Of a DNA stretch of 64,000 nucleotides, positions 52,101-64,000 are shown in pieces. The position numbers and the translations under genes are program-made. How positions within the stretch are numbered: position 1 is the first letter of the stretch; each line of letters begins with the position of its first letter. The notes under the pieces are model-generated. The model was not told the origin of the DNA, made no database searches, and saw only the letters and a program-made list of their open reading frames with translations. This stretch comes from Marsupella aquatica (lineage: Eukaryota; Plantae; Marchantiophyta): the NCBI GenBank assembly GCA_973895155.1, contig OZ316891.1, positions 7,557,808 to 7,621,807 of the forward strand, read 5' to 3'.

Positions 52101-55100
52101 CAGACGTACTTGTTGGAGATGACATGAGAAGAGGTGTTTCTGGGGGACAGAAGAAGAGAGTCACAACTGGTATGCGGCAATATAATCAATCACGCCATTT
52201 TTACCGATAAAAGTAAAACAGATGGGCTGCTCATTGTACAAAACATGGATCTGCCTCATATTAAATGCTTGATCCTTTGTATTGCAGGTGAGATGTATGT
52301 TGGTCCATCCAAGGCATTGTTTATGGATGAGATATCCACTGGGTTGGATAGTTCAACAACTTTTCAGATTGCGAAGTGCCTCAGACAGTTCGTCCACGTT
52401 ATGGACAGCACAGTGGTGGTGTCATTGCTGCAGCCAGCACCCGAGACTTACGAACTTTTTGATGACATTATTCTACTTTCAGAAGGCCAGATAGTATATC
52501 AAGGCCCTCGGGATCTGGTATTGGATTTCTTTGCCAACATGGGATTCAAATGTCCCGAACGAAAAGGGGTTGCTGACTTTTTGCAAGAGGTGAGTCACTC
52601 CTTAGATCAGTGGTAGAATATTTAAAGGACCCCCGATCTCGACTTATCTCATCTAACCGTTTGACATGAATTCGAGCAGTCGTCCGTTACCTGAGCCAAG
52701 TTCTGCCCTTCTATTTGCAACTGAAGGTTTGTAAATTGCGCGAAAGATGTTGTTTTCCTTCGTTTCCTTTCTGACATCTTCTTCTCTGCCAGGTTACATC
52801 ACGGAAGGATCAGGAGCAATACTGGGCGAATAGAGATGAGCCCTATGTATTTGTTCCTGTACGCAAATTTGCAGAAAGTTTCTCTAGCTTTCACCTGGGC
52901 CAGCGGCTCACTGAAGAGTTGGATATCCCGTATGATAAAACTAGAAGCCATCCTGCAGCTTTGGTACATGAAAAATATGCACTAAGTGGATGGGAACTCT
53001 TCAAGGCATGCTTTGCTAGAGAACAGATTCTCATGAAGCGAAATTCTTTTGTTTATGTCTTCAAGGCAATTCAGGTTTGGAACTGTACTCTTCAAAATAT
53101 CAGACTGGGTTGCATCTGAAAGTGCTGCGTGTTGGTAGAACCAAATATTTCACTTTATCGTTTCCGAGAGAAGTTGACAGTCTTACATTTTGCAATTTAC
53201 TCCTCTTACTGTTGAAATGGCTTTGTTCTTTGGTCTCATTCTGAAGGTTTACATGGCAGGTCTCAATAGTTGCAAGCATCACAATGACAGTATTCTTGCG
53301 GACCACATTGCATCAGAGAACTGTTGCTGATGGGAATCTGTATCTTGGGGCACTCTTTTTCTCGCTTCTCAATGCCATGTTCAATGGCTTTGCAGAGTTG
53401 GCAATGATTATCAGTCGCTTGCCTATCTTTTATAAACAAAGAGATCTACTATTCTATCCTCCTTGGGCTTGGACGGTGCCAGTCATAATAACCAGGATGC
53501 CTACCTCAGTGTTGGAGGCAGGAATCTGGGTTACTCTCACCTACTTCGTTATCGGTTTTGCTCCAGAGCCTGGCAGGTCGGTTAAGCTCAGCCATTGTTT
53601 GGTATCTTTTGAGTCAGAGTAAAGGCAGTGCTTGTTGATGAGTAAAATGATAGCTGTACACTTTATTTTTAACTTTTGTAAATTATTCTAAATGTTCGTG
53701 TCGTCACTTTTGAGCAACTGAGTAAACACTTTGTAAGCTGGACCTAATAAGTAGAGTGTGACAACCAGGTTTTTGCGGTTGTTGCTGCTGCTGATTGCCA
53801 CCAGTCAAATGGCCCTTGGGCTATTTCGATTCATAGCTTCCATTGGTCGTAGTATGGTGGTTGCACAAGTTGGAGGATCGTTTGCACTCCTGATTACATT
53901 GATTCTTGGAGGCTTTGTTGTTTCCAAAGGTCAGTACTGCCCGTTTCAACCATCTTTTATTCTCTTTGTTAGACGTTCGTGTTCCTTTGGGTTTGGGCAT
54001 TGAGTGGTCGCTTACTGTAAAATTGGTTGCAGATAGCATACGGTCTTGGTGGATCTGGGGATACTGGATCTCACCTCTCATGTATGGGCAGCAAGCTATT
54101 AGTGTCAATGAGTTTCTTGCAGATCGGTGGCAGAAGGTGAGCCTCTACAAAAATAATGAAAATGCTGTGCTCCTAAAATAATGGGGAACATTCCTTTGTC
54201 TAGGTGAAGGATGTTTTCATGTGTTTAGATTTTTACATGTTTATCTGGTGTTCCTCTTAAGGCGCTGAAATGCTGCAAATCCAGGATTGACAGTGCTTAG
54301 TGTCATAGTTATCAATTTGTATACTTGATTACCTCTGGCTAAAGCAGTTTCTACATCTTTAGGATTCTTGTGTGCCCCCTGAGTGCCTAGGATAGCAAAT
54401 TGTAGTTTTGAAGGGTTGGTGTTATACCTGCATAAAAGAACTGAACGCAGATAATCGTAGTTTGAACCTCTTCATTTTCGCTGAGCACTATATTCTAGCA
54501 TCGTCCATGATGCTTGTCACTGTAATTATGTTCTTTGGTCCAGCCGTACTTCGATGCAAAGTTCGGTAGAACCACTCTCGGGAAAGCAATCTTGAAATCG
54601 CGCGCACTGGAGAGCAGAGGTTACTGGTACTGGCTGGGGGTTGGAGTGTTGTTTGCATATGCTGCATTATTCAATGTTGCCTTCACACTGGCATTGCGAT
54701 ACTTGGATCGTGAGTCCCTTGCTGACACTTGTTTGTCTACCTTCGTATCTTGCTTTTCAATCCAATACGAAATGCAAACAAGATGATACTATTCTTGATA
54801 ACTACTTTTTGCATTGGAAAGTTCGCAAGTTAGTTTGCATGGCATTGTTTTCTCATGGTTATTTCGGAGCAGTGAGGTGAGCATGATATCTGATTCGAAC
54901 CTTTCTTCTTGACAGCTCTTGGAAAACCCAGTGCTGTTTTGTCTGATGAATCGCTGCATGAGAGACACGCCAACGGAATTTCCACAGAGCCTGTTCTTAG
55001 AGGGGGATCTCAACTTGGCGTCAAAAAACCTAGAAGTTGTCTTCCCTACAAAGCAGTTCAACATAAAGGTACCTTTGCGAGTGGCTCATTATAAATCTGT

Positions 55101-58100
55101 GTGATATAGGCTGTAAAAGATCGGTCTAGGCTAGTCCTGCAATCACGAACGTATCCTAGCACTGCAGATTTTTTCAGATCATATGACTTGATTCGATGCA
55201 AACATTCTGACAAGCTGGTTTGCTCTGCAAAGGAATATCACAGAGGAGAGTATTTTGAAACCCACCAGCGCTTGGCTGAGAGCTTCCCGAAACCATGTTG
55301 TGTTGATGTGACAGGTAGACTTCTTTCTTATTACGGACAGTCTAGTCATTCTGCCGTACCAGGTCCTGATCGGATGGATAATGGAGGGGACAGACCTGTT
55401 GCAAAGTCAAAGAGAGGAATGGTGTTACCATTTCAACCACTGGCGATAGCGTTCAAGAGGATAAACTACTACGTTGACATGCCTCTGGTCTGTGCACCTT
55501 GAAAACGCGCTATCTCCCATTTTTTTCCTGTAGCACCGTATAGCTTTGTTAAGGAGTTCAGTGACTCGTCCAAGTGTAGAATCTTTGCTTGACACCTTGG
55601 TTTTTACCGTCACCTCACAAATCCACCTTTTCGTGCGAAGATAGTCTTTATATACTTCTTCCTCCACAACAGGGGTGCCAGTTGCCTCAAAGCTTCAAAC
55701 GAAGCAATCGTGCACAGAGAAATAACAATCCTCTCAAAACTCGACCCTCATTTCTACAGTGCTTACTGGGAAACTTGGAGAAAATATTATAGTCATTCCG
55801 CATTATCGTTTAATGAGGATGACGAGAAAAATAATTGCAACCTTAGATGATGCACGAAACATAAGAGAAAAACATTCTTGTTTGACTCTACAGCTGTGCG
55901 TTGTGGCAGGGAAGGGTGCCATTGAAGAACTTGGTCATCGTTGTGCACCTTTAAATATATTACAAGGTCTTAACATGTTTCGTAGAATCGATTATTTTGG
56001 ACAGGAAATGAGACGCCAGGGAATAACTGATGATAGGCTGCAGTTGCTACGAGAAGTGAGCGGTGCTTTCAGGCCAGGTGTACTGACAGCATTGGTCGGT
56101 GTGAGTGGGGCAGGTAAGGATGCAAACCCTCGTCCCAGGTGTTTTCTGCTCCGTTCTGCGAGGTCGCCTTAGTAACAAATAAACTACCAAATTTTGGTCT
56201 TAATCGTTGATTTTGTATTTAATCTTCAGGAAAGACTACGCTTATGGATGTGCTCGCTGGACGGAAAACAGGTGGTTATGTTGAAGGCAGTATATGTATA
56301 TCTGGGTATCCCAAAAAGCAGGCGACATTTGCCCGCATATCTGGCTATTGTGAGCAGAATGATATTCATTCACCCAATGTTACTGTTTATGAGTCAGTTG
56401 TTTACTCAGCTTGGTTAAGACTTCCTTCTGAAGTTGATCAAAGTACTCGCATGGTGAGATTTGCTTTCATGTTATGTTGTAGCTGAAAGTCATTTCCGTG
56501 CAAGTCTTTGGCAGTGACAGGGAAACTGAATATATCCAAGGACTATCTTATGATGTGTAGATAAAAATCATCAGTAGACCGAATTCTGCTGTTAAATATC
56601 TCTATACTAAGCCTGGATAGAATAGAAAATAAATGAATGAGAATACAATGAGAATAGTCGTAGTCCTATTCGTCCAGGGATGCAGGGTCCATGACCGCAA
56701 GGCTACAGCAGACAATCTTTAGAAAGTACCTCTGTTAAGAAGATTGGGTGATGAGTACTGTAATAGCGCATAGGAGCAACCCCTGTTCAAACTCATCACG
56801 ACACCTTGGCAGCTTGCCAATCTACAGTGGTAATTGAGCGCTTAACCTGAGCTTGCAAAGTTTAGACCCGAATCTAGCTAACTGTCCCCCTCATAAGTCA
56901 TAAATAAATAATGTCAGAAAATCCTAAAGTATGGATAGCTAAAGATTACCGAAATGACTAATGTATCCAACTAAGATCTCAGTTCACAGTCAGAAAACTC
57001 TCTGCTGATTTCCGACAGCAGGTTTGTAGCTTGAATTGAAACTGAAATTGCAGAATCTCGATTGGCAGATGTTTGTGGACGAGGTCATGGAACTTGTGGA
57101 GTTGACTGGAGTAAGAGACTCCTTGGTTGGTCTCCCTGGACAGACAGGACTCTCTACCGAGCAGAGGAAAAGGTTGACCATTGCTGTAGAACTGGTAGCC
57201 AACCCATCCATTATCTTTATGGATGAGCCGACGTCTGGATTGGATGCCCGTGCTGCTGCTATTGTAATGAGAGCTGTTCGGAACACTGTTGATACTGGTC
57301 GGACAGTTGTCTGTACAGTACATCAACCCAGCATTGATATCTTTGAATCCTTTGATGAGGTGATCATTGAAAAAAGTTTTGCTTGTCTAGGATATCATGC
57401 AAGTATGGATGTGCCTAACAATTTTTTCAAATACTTGCACATTAATTCTGTTCTCTCAGTGGTCATGACTATCATTTGACTTTCTCCGGAGCTCTCATTG
57501 TTATGTTCCATGTGCTTGCAAGTTGTAAGTATTTTCAAGTGTTGAGTAATTTCGAAAATTCTGAAGACATTTGCTCGGATCTCTTGTGTTTTGCAGCTCC
57601 TACTTATGAAACGTGGAGGACAAGTGATATATGCAGGTCCTTTGGGACGTCACTCCCAAAAGTTGGTTGAGTACTTTGAGGTTTGTCTTAAAGTTGTTAA
57701 AGACACCGCACTGACTGGATAGATGGCGGGATTATTACTTACGCACTTCAAACTTGGGAATAGTCTGATGTGTCTAGTTCCTATATATTTGTATCGAGCT
57801 GGCGGTTATCAGATTTTGACCTACTGGCTCTTTCAATTTGAAATGTCAGAGAGTTCGACTTAAATGACACAATCTGTTGCTCGCAAAAGACTTCGGATTT
57901 GTCTAATGGCAATGATTTGAATGGCAGAACATTGAAGGAGTGTCAAAAATCAAAGAGGGATACAATGCAGCAACATGGATGCTCGAAGTCACTTCTATTG
58001 CTGCCGAAGCACAACTTGGCGTGGACTTTGCGGAAATCTACAGAATTGGACCTCTTTTCCAGTAAGACCTGGAATCTCGTTGATTGGATGGTTCTCTGAT

Positions 58101-61100
58101 TCTGACTGGAACATTCATGACATAATAGTCTGCTCATAGTTCTTCAGTACAGTATATTGTCTGAAACACTCGTGTGTTGAGTACTTGGCTGGTACTAAAT
58201 GCACACCTTGCATGATTTCAGATTGTAGCTCTGTCCTATGATGAGGTAGTCTTATTCAAAAAGTGTCTTTTCAAGCATGCTTTGATTGTTTGAGACACAG
58301 CTCTGATGAAATTTTGTGGCAACTGCAACTTTTATGGATGAACAACAGAGGGTGTTAACAAGGGAATTTTTTTTCTTGCAGGCGTAACGAAGCACTTATC
58401 AAAGAATTGAGCTCACCTGCCCCTGGAACGAAAGACATAGCGTTTGCCACGACTTATGCTCAAACATACAGTGTCCAGTGCATAGCTAGCCTGTGGAAGT
58501 TGCACCTATCATACTGGCGCAATCCTCTGTACAACGCCATTCGTTTTTTCTTCACATTATTGTGTGCATTGATCTTCGGCACTGTATTTTGGGGTTTTGG
58601 AAGAAAAAGGTAATTCCCTGCAAAACTCGAACCCATAGTATACCTTATTATAGATATCAGGCTACCAGACTACATAAACTCTTCGGCGCCGATATAGATA
58701 TAGATGCATTTTGGGCACAGAATAGGGACTACTGGTAAAACAACTGTTACTACTGGTTGTAATGGAACTTTCTTCCCTGACGTGGCAATTTCCTGTATGC
58801 AGGTCTAGGTATGAGGATCTCTTAAACTTAATGGGTTCAATGTATGCCTCAGTGCTATTTATTGGAGTCAGTAATTCGTCCACTGTACAGCCGGTGGTGG
58901 GCATTGAGCGAACGGTATTTTATCGTGAGAGAGCAGCGGGGATGTATGCTCCCTTGCCATATGCTTTTGCTCAGGTAATGTCCGACCTTCCATCTATTCT
59001 GTTGCAATGAACGTCAGCCATCTGGTACACGTAACTAGTTGGCTAAATTAATTTTGACGTGACATATCCTCGTAACGTATCTTTGACTTGGTGTCTTTAT
59101 AGATCAAATGAGTGTGCGTCTCTGAAGAACTGTAGCCTCTGGAAGCGAAATATTAGCAGGAGAGATCCGTCCAAGACTGCTTGATATTCCGATTAGAACA
59201 ACTACTAATCTTTGTTGCCGGACTGTGGATGCAGTTCTTTGTTGAGTGGCCATATGTATTTTGTCAATCTCTCATGTTCGCAATCATAGTCTACCCTATG
59301 ATACAATTTGAGTGGAGCCCTACCAAGTTTCTTTGGTACGTCTATTTCATGTTCTTCATTTTGCTCTACTTCACGTATTGGGGCATGATGACAGTAGCTT
59401 TTACTCCAAACGGACAATTTGCGGCTATCATATCATCAGCGTTCTACGGGCTCTGGAACCTTTTTTCAGGCTTCTTGATTACAAGGGAGGTAAGAAACTT
59501 TGGCTTAAAATCTGTGCACAAGAAAGTTGCTTCCAAAGTTTGGCCACTGAAAGTCATGTCTTTCTGTCTTCCCACCTTATCTTCAGAAGTTGTCCGTGAG
59601 TAGTATCCTTCCTCCTGCTCTTATAACTGCGAGGACATTTTGTAAAATTGTATTCCAGAAATTCTAAACAAGACCACTCTTAGTATAGTTAATTAGGATA
59701 TGGGTTCATTGTAATAAAATTTAAGAAAATTTATAGCAAAGTAGAACTCGTTAAAGCTGGGAACCTGGTAACAAAGGCATTCCAACATACAACGAGGAGC
59801 TACGAGTGATACTAAAATCTGCGTCCATAAATAGGGGAATCTCTCAATTTTTACAGAGGCCTCTGTATCTGAATGTCTCTTTCAGACACTCACGAAGCCA
59901 CATAGTGCTGGACCATCCAATTTGAAAGGGTGTGGGGGTCTCCGCAGGTATTGTTTAATACGATGTTCTTCAGAAAAAAAAGTTTGCCTCTTTCTCAAGT
60001 GCCCCTATGGAATGCACATGATACAGTCCCTATGTTTCTTTTTGTGACTTTGCACCCTGGGGGAAGTCGATGATAGTCTTCCCTCATCCGGTCCAAAGTT
60101 AGAGAGATGAAAGTAATCTTTGGCAAATAGAATCCACAGAAAACATCAGCCAATACTGCAAAACTGGGAATTACGGAGTCCGGAAGATGGTTTAGGAACA
60201 TCAATGGGAAAGAATTCAAAGGTAATCTATACTGTATTTAGCTCCTTTTGCCTCTCTTCGCTTTACAGGGACCGAGCAGCCTGTGTAGTGCAGCAGCGTT
60301 TTGCAGTCTCACAGGAGAGGTCAGCTTAGCTTCAAAATGCATGAGATAGTGTCGCTGTTCAAGGCCCCACTCTTGAAGCCAGGAGCCAGCCTTTACCACC
60401 TGTCCTATAGGTGTAACAGGCATAATGAGAGGCTAGATGGTGTTTGCTGAATTTTTTCCCGGCCCTTATTCGCCAATGGTCCTGCACAAAATCCAGTCAG
60501 CACCGTGGCATACTGTTCTGCTTCACACTTCTAGCTTCTTGCACACTCCTAAGCCCGAAACCATAACACTCTGTTTCATCTGGGTTTCATTGTTGGCACT
60601 TTCCATATGGCAGATGTCACGCTTCGTCCTTTCTTTCCATTTCCTCGCTTGGTGAGCAATTGACTTCAAAAGTCATTGTTCATCCAGAAGTAGACTCGGT
60701 GCTGTACAGTATGCCTACCAGTCTCAACTTGTAGTCTACGCAATAGGATGTTAATGGTTTCGAAATTGATCTTAAATCCAGTGCAGCCCAAGTATCTCTG
60801 ATGACGCAGAGGAGATCTGGACGTATGACTATCTAGTGCGCAAATAGAAAGATGAGATGGACAGCTGAAACAAGATTAGGAGTGTCATCACCATTTACCT
60901 TCGTTGAGGATTAGTCTTGGTTGATGGAGATATGTAAGAGTCTGCATTCTATCTCTTTGCGTTACTCCAATGGTGGAGCTAGCGGGATACCAGACTCCAT
61001 CTCTTGTGTTTATCTGCGTTTAACTCTACCTATTATGGAGTGACGGGCATGACCGTGCTCTACGCAGAAATTACCGTAGTCACCTACTTCTGAATATGAG

Positions 61101-63687
61101 GCGAAGTGTATTAGACCACCAAGTGAAGCAAGATAAATGACGCATGGCTCAGATGAGCAGTTTGAAAGGAGAAGGAAGTCTTTCCTCCGTGCCGGCAACT
61201 TAGTTTCCAAGCCAATAAATTCAAGACGATGGTCCTGGAGTCTCAGTACAACTGAGTGTATGTTGTCTATTATGAAGAGGGCGTCGTTGGGGGCGGGACC
61301 ACAAGATCACGGAATTGTTTGTACCTTTCTCGGTCATTAAGTAGTCTGCAGAAATGGGGTTTTTACACCTAATTTTGGTCCTTCATAGCGAGCTGAGTCT
61401 CTGTTCCTGGGAGTTTGGTCAGGGAGATTAGGGAACTCCACTGTATGATCTGTTCAGATATCTGAGCCACTTCTTTCTGAGTGGTGCGCTTGGTATCTTG
61501 CACGGCTTGAATATCGTTGAAAGTTGTGCTGAATGATCTATAACGTGGCAAACTCTTTTGCTTCCTTGGTAATTACGCCAGAGAAGGTATCGCTAGCTTT
61601 GTTAACAATTTCAGCCAAGATCTCAGTAGCCCTCATGGTTCGTTCGTTGCTGTTTTTCCCTAGACTTAGTTTCCGCCCTACGAGTCTATCTCCAGTGTGT
61701 TCCAGCAATTCTTGGTTGTCTTATTGACGTCATGTGCTGGAGCTGATCCCTCCATTTCAAATGGTACCTATCGTCTAGCCTTCAAATTCTAACAACAAAC
61801 TCATACCACGGCAACAGTGTCTTGGACGAGCAGCAAAAGATTTCGTAATTGCGGTCAATTGCACAGCTTCCGGTTTTTTTCTTTGATTGATATATCTGTA
61901 CCAGAGCTGTGCCATACCATATTTTGGGTCTCACAACGTGTAACAGAGTACGTGGAGTGAGTTCAAGGCCGAGTGATTTACAGTGGATGAACTGTGCAAA
62001 CTCAACAACCTTCGTACCACCAATTTTGGTATTTGGAATATATGTGCATTCCACATGCAGGCCTCTGAGAATTGAAGTCCTCATAGGTGTTCTGCAAGGC
62101 TACTGGGACTCAGTGTTCCCCCAATGCCATTCTTATTCCAGGGCCAAGAAATCTCGGGTATTGATAAGGTGAGTTATGTCCTGGAGGTATTCTGCTGGTT
62201 CTTCACGCCCTCACAAGTCACCAGCGAAAATAACTATCCCCATCTTAATACCAAAACCTTAGTGAAGCACGTCATCCAACTGCTAGTTACTGAAATTGAC
62301 CTAGGGTTGGAGATGGGGTAACTAACTCAGCTTGCTGCTTTCACACCGGAAGCTCAGACGAATCTGTGGCTTTTTGTTTAAGGAAACCCTCAGCACCAAA
62401 GTTGTGTAGGGTAACACATCCCCAAGATCTGTAATCCCCGAGGGCGCTGATCCCGAGGGGGTTACAGCCATTATCCCCAAGTGGGGATGAGTTACTGCGC
62501 ATAAAGCCTGAGGGAATTTTTACACAGAATTCAATTCAGTTTTACATAGGAAAAGTCTGATCCGTCACTGTCTGCCACTCGCACTTTACTCTATTTCTCA
62601 TTCAAATTTCATAATCCCCAGGCTGGCCTTTACTCTATTTCTCATTCAAATTTCATAATCCCCAGGCTGGCCCAGGGGTTCAGTGGCTTCACCTGGGGAT
62701 AATGCCTCATAACCTTGTACACACATACAAAGGAAAAAATCCAGGAAGGGTTTACGATCTCTAAGGCGGCTTGCCTTTCAAAGGGGTACACTTGAACTTG
62801 GTCCATACAGCGAAATTTGCTTCTAACAAAGCACTGATGCGAATAGACCTATTGAATGAAGGCTTGAAGGCAACCATAGTTCAAACATTAGGATGGTTTT
62901 GGGGTTTGTTTTTTCTTCTGTTGGTTCATTTAAGTATGTTCTGGTAAACTTAGAGTCCTCAGAGCTCTCAAATGGACCTAGGCTGACATAGGCAGTCTCA
63001 TCCTGACACTATGAATGATCACAATTTTCTCCTTGTTTTATAAAACAAAATACTGGATAGGAAGTTATAGTTCTCATTGATACACATTTTTTGGATTGAT
63101 TCAATCATGTAGAGACAATTAGCCTCACAGGGTATTCTCCATGTGTCCAGGGAGTGAGAAGTTGAACGGAATCAAATTGATCCACTGCAATTGTAAAAGA
63201 TAAATCTTGACTGTCCTGTCTTGTTAGAAAATAATCCCCGCAGATATTTGGTTTGGGGACGAGCATTTTCACGTCTGAATCCCATAGTGCTCTCACGGGA
63301 AATGTCCAAGAACTTCGAGGAAAACACTAAAGAGCAACGTGATAAACAGAACTAATTGTCGTCTTTGAGCTTTGCATTAACTGCACTGGAGATTGATCAT
63401 CTTGGGTTTTCTTGCAGCAATTACCCCCCTGGTGGAAATGGTACTACTGGATTGACCCTGTATCATGGTCTCTTTATGGCCTGTTCGATTCTCAACTGGG
63501 TGACGTGACTGAGACAGTAATTGGTCCAGACGGGAGCATTCTACAGATCAGAGACTATTTAGAGCAACATTTTGGTTACGAACGTGACTTCTTGGTATGG
63601 GTTGCTATGGTTCATGTAGGACTTGTAGTCTGTTTTGGACTTGTGTTTGCCGTCTGCATTAAATATTTGAACTTCCAGAGGAGATGA
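49105..63687 (+). CDS. Full-size ABCG / pleiotropic drug resistance (PDR) transporter. 25 exons: 49105-49454, 49984-50104, 50665-50753, 50940-51024, 51328-51487, 51599-51675, 51817-51870, 52079-52169, 52288-52589, 52793-53074, 53260-53576, 53769-53929, 54033-54136, 54544-54709, 54916-55068, 55315-55487, 56005-56113, 56230-56453, 57069-57359, 57597-57680, 57928-58061, 58382-58609, 58803-58974, 59235-59489, 63418-63687.
   Basis: PDR N-terminus [22 protein letters not shown]1: [34 protein letters not shown]2: [41 protein letters not shown]. Also LLLMKRGG and the C-terminal LNFQRR*. GT-AG junctions were traced. The linker exons 15-16 are the least certain. Confidence 0.95.
62584..62672. repeat. 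Tandem duplication of about 44 bp inside the last ABCG intron
   Basis: 'tttactctatttctcattcaaatttcataatccccaggctggcc' x2. Confidence 0.9.
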
Positions 63688-64000
63688 ACGCAAATATCTA
63701 TAAATGTAGTAGCCAACTGCAGACTCCTGCAGTTAACTCTTCCATGTATATTATTTTAGCTGATATTCAAAGCTAATCGACCCAGATTAAGTGCAAATGA
63801 TGAGCACAATGTGGTGAGTAATTGCAAGATTGACTCAAGTCCCTGAGATGTCTCTCATTATGTGTTGTGTACAGATACTTATGAAAACCAATATGAGATT
63901 GAAGACATCTCCAATGTCACAAAGAAAAAAAGTTATTGACTGGAATAAGATGAAACAATTCAAGCTCGAAATGGATTTGCCATTCGTGCCTGTACTCATG

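Noticed and set aside
21102-63687. H+-ATPase, HisRS, G-patch and ABCG as a functional gene cluster
   Set aside because: Unrelated functions, with no biosynthetic enzymes or shared regulatory signature. Ordinary gene neighbourhood is the simpler explanation.

Overview
Eukaryotic land-plant genomic DNA with GT-AG introns. A non-seed plant such as a liverwort is my inference from the gene content, not something the sequence proves. Five protein-coding genes can be reconstructed: (1) a 2-coding-exon coiled-coil protein of an uncharacterised plant family (8306-11148, +); (2) an intronless P3A plasma-membrane H+-ATPase lacking the C-terminal regulatory tail (21102-23726, +); (3) a 6-exon cytosolic histidyl-tRNA synthetase with a degenerate HAL/PAL-like N-terminal domain (28798-32618, +); (4) a 7-exon G-patch/C2H2 zinc-finger protein containing a U12-type intron (34325-37905, -); (5) a 25-exon full-size ABCG/PDR transporter (49105-63687, +). 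Intergenic DNA is CpG-poor and holds many local tandem duplications, a LINE RT relic, a Helitron-like insertion, dispersed repeats and microsatellites. I found no convincing wholly new system. The best leads are the tail-less intronless H+-ATPase, a possible conserved uORF remnant, the pseudo-lyase domain on HisRS, the minor-spliceosome intron, CpG-decayed 'ghost' copies of promoters, and an unannotated spliced-looking antisense unit at about 14.3-17.2 kb. All exon models were read by eye and need RNA-seq confirmation.
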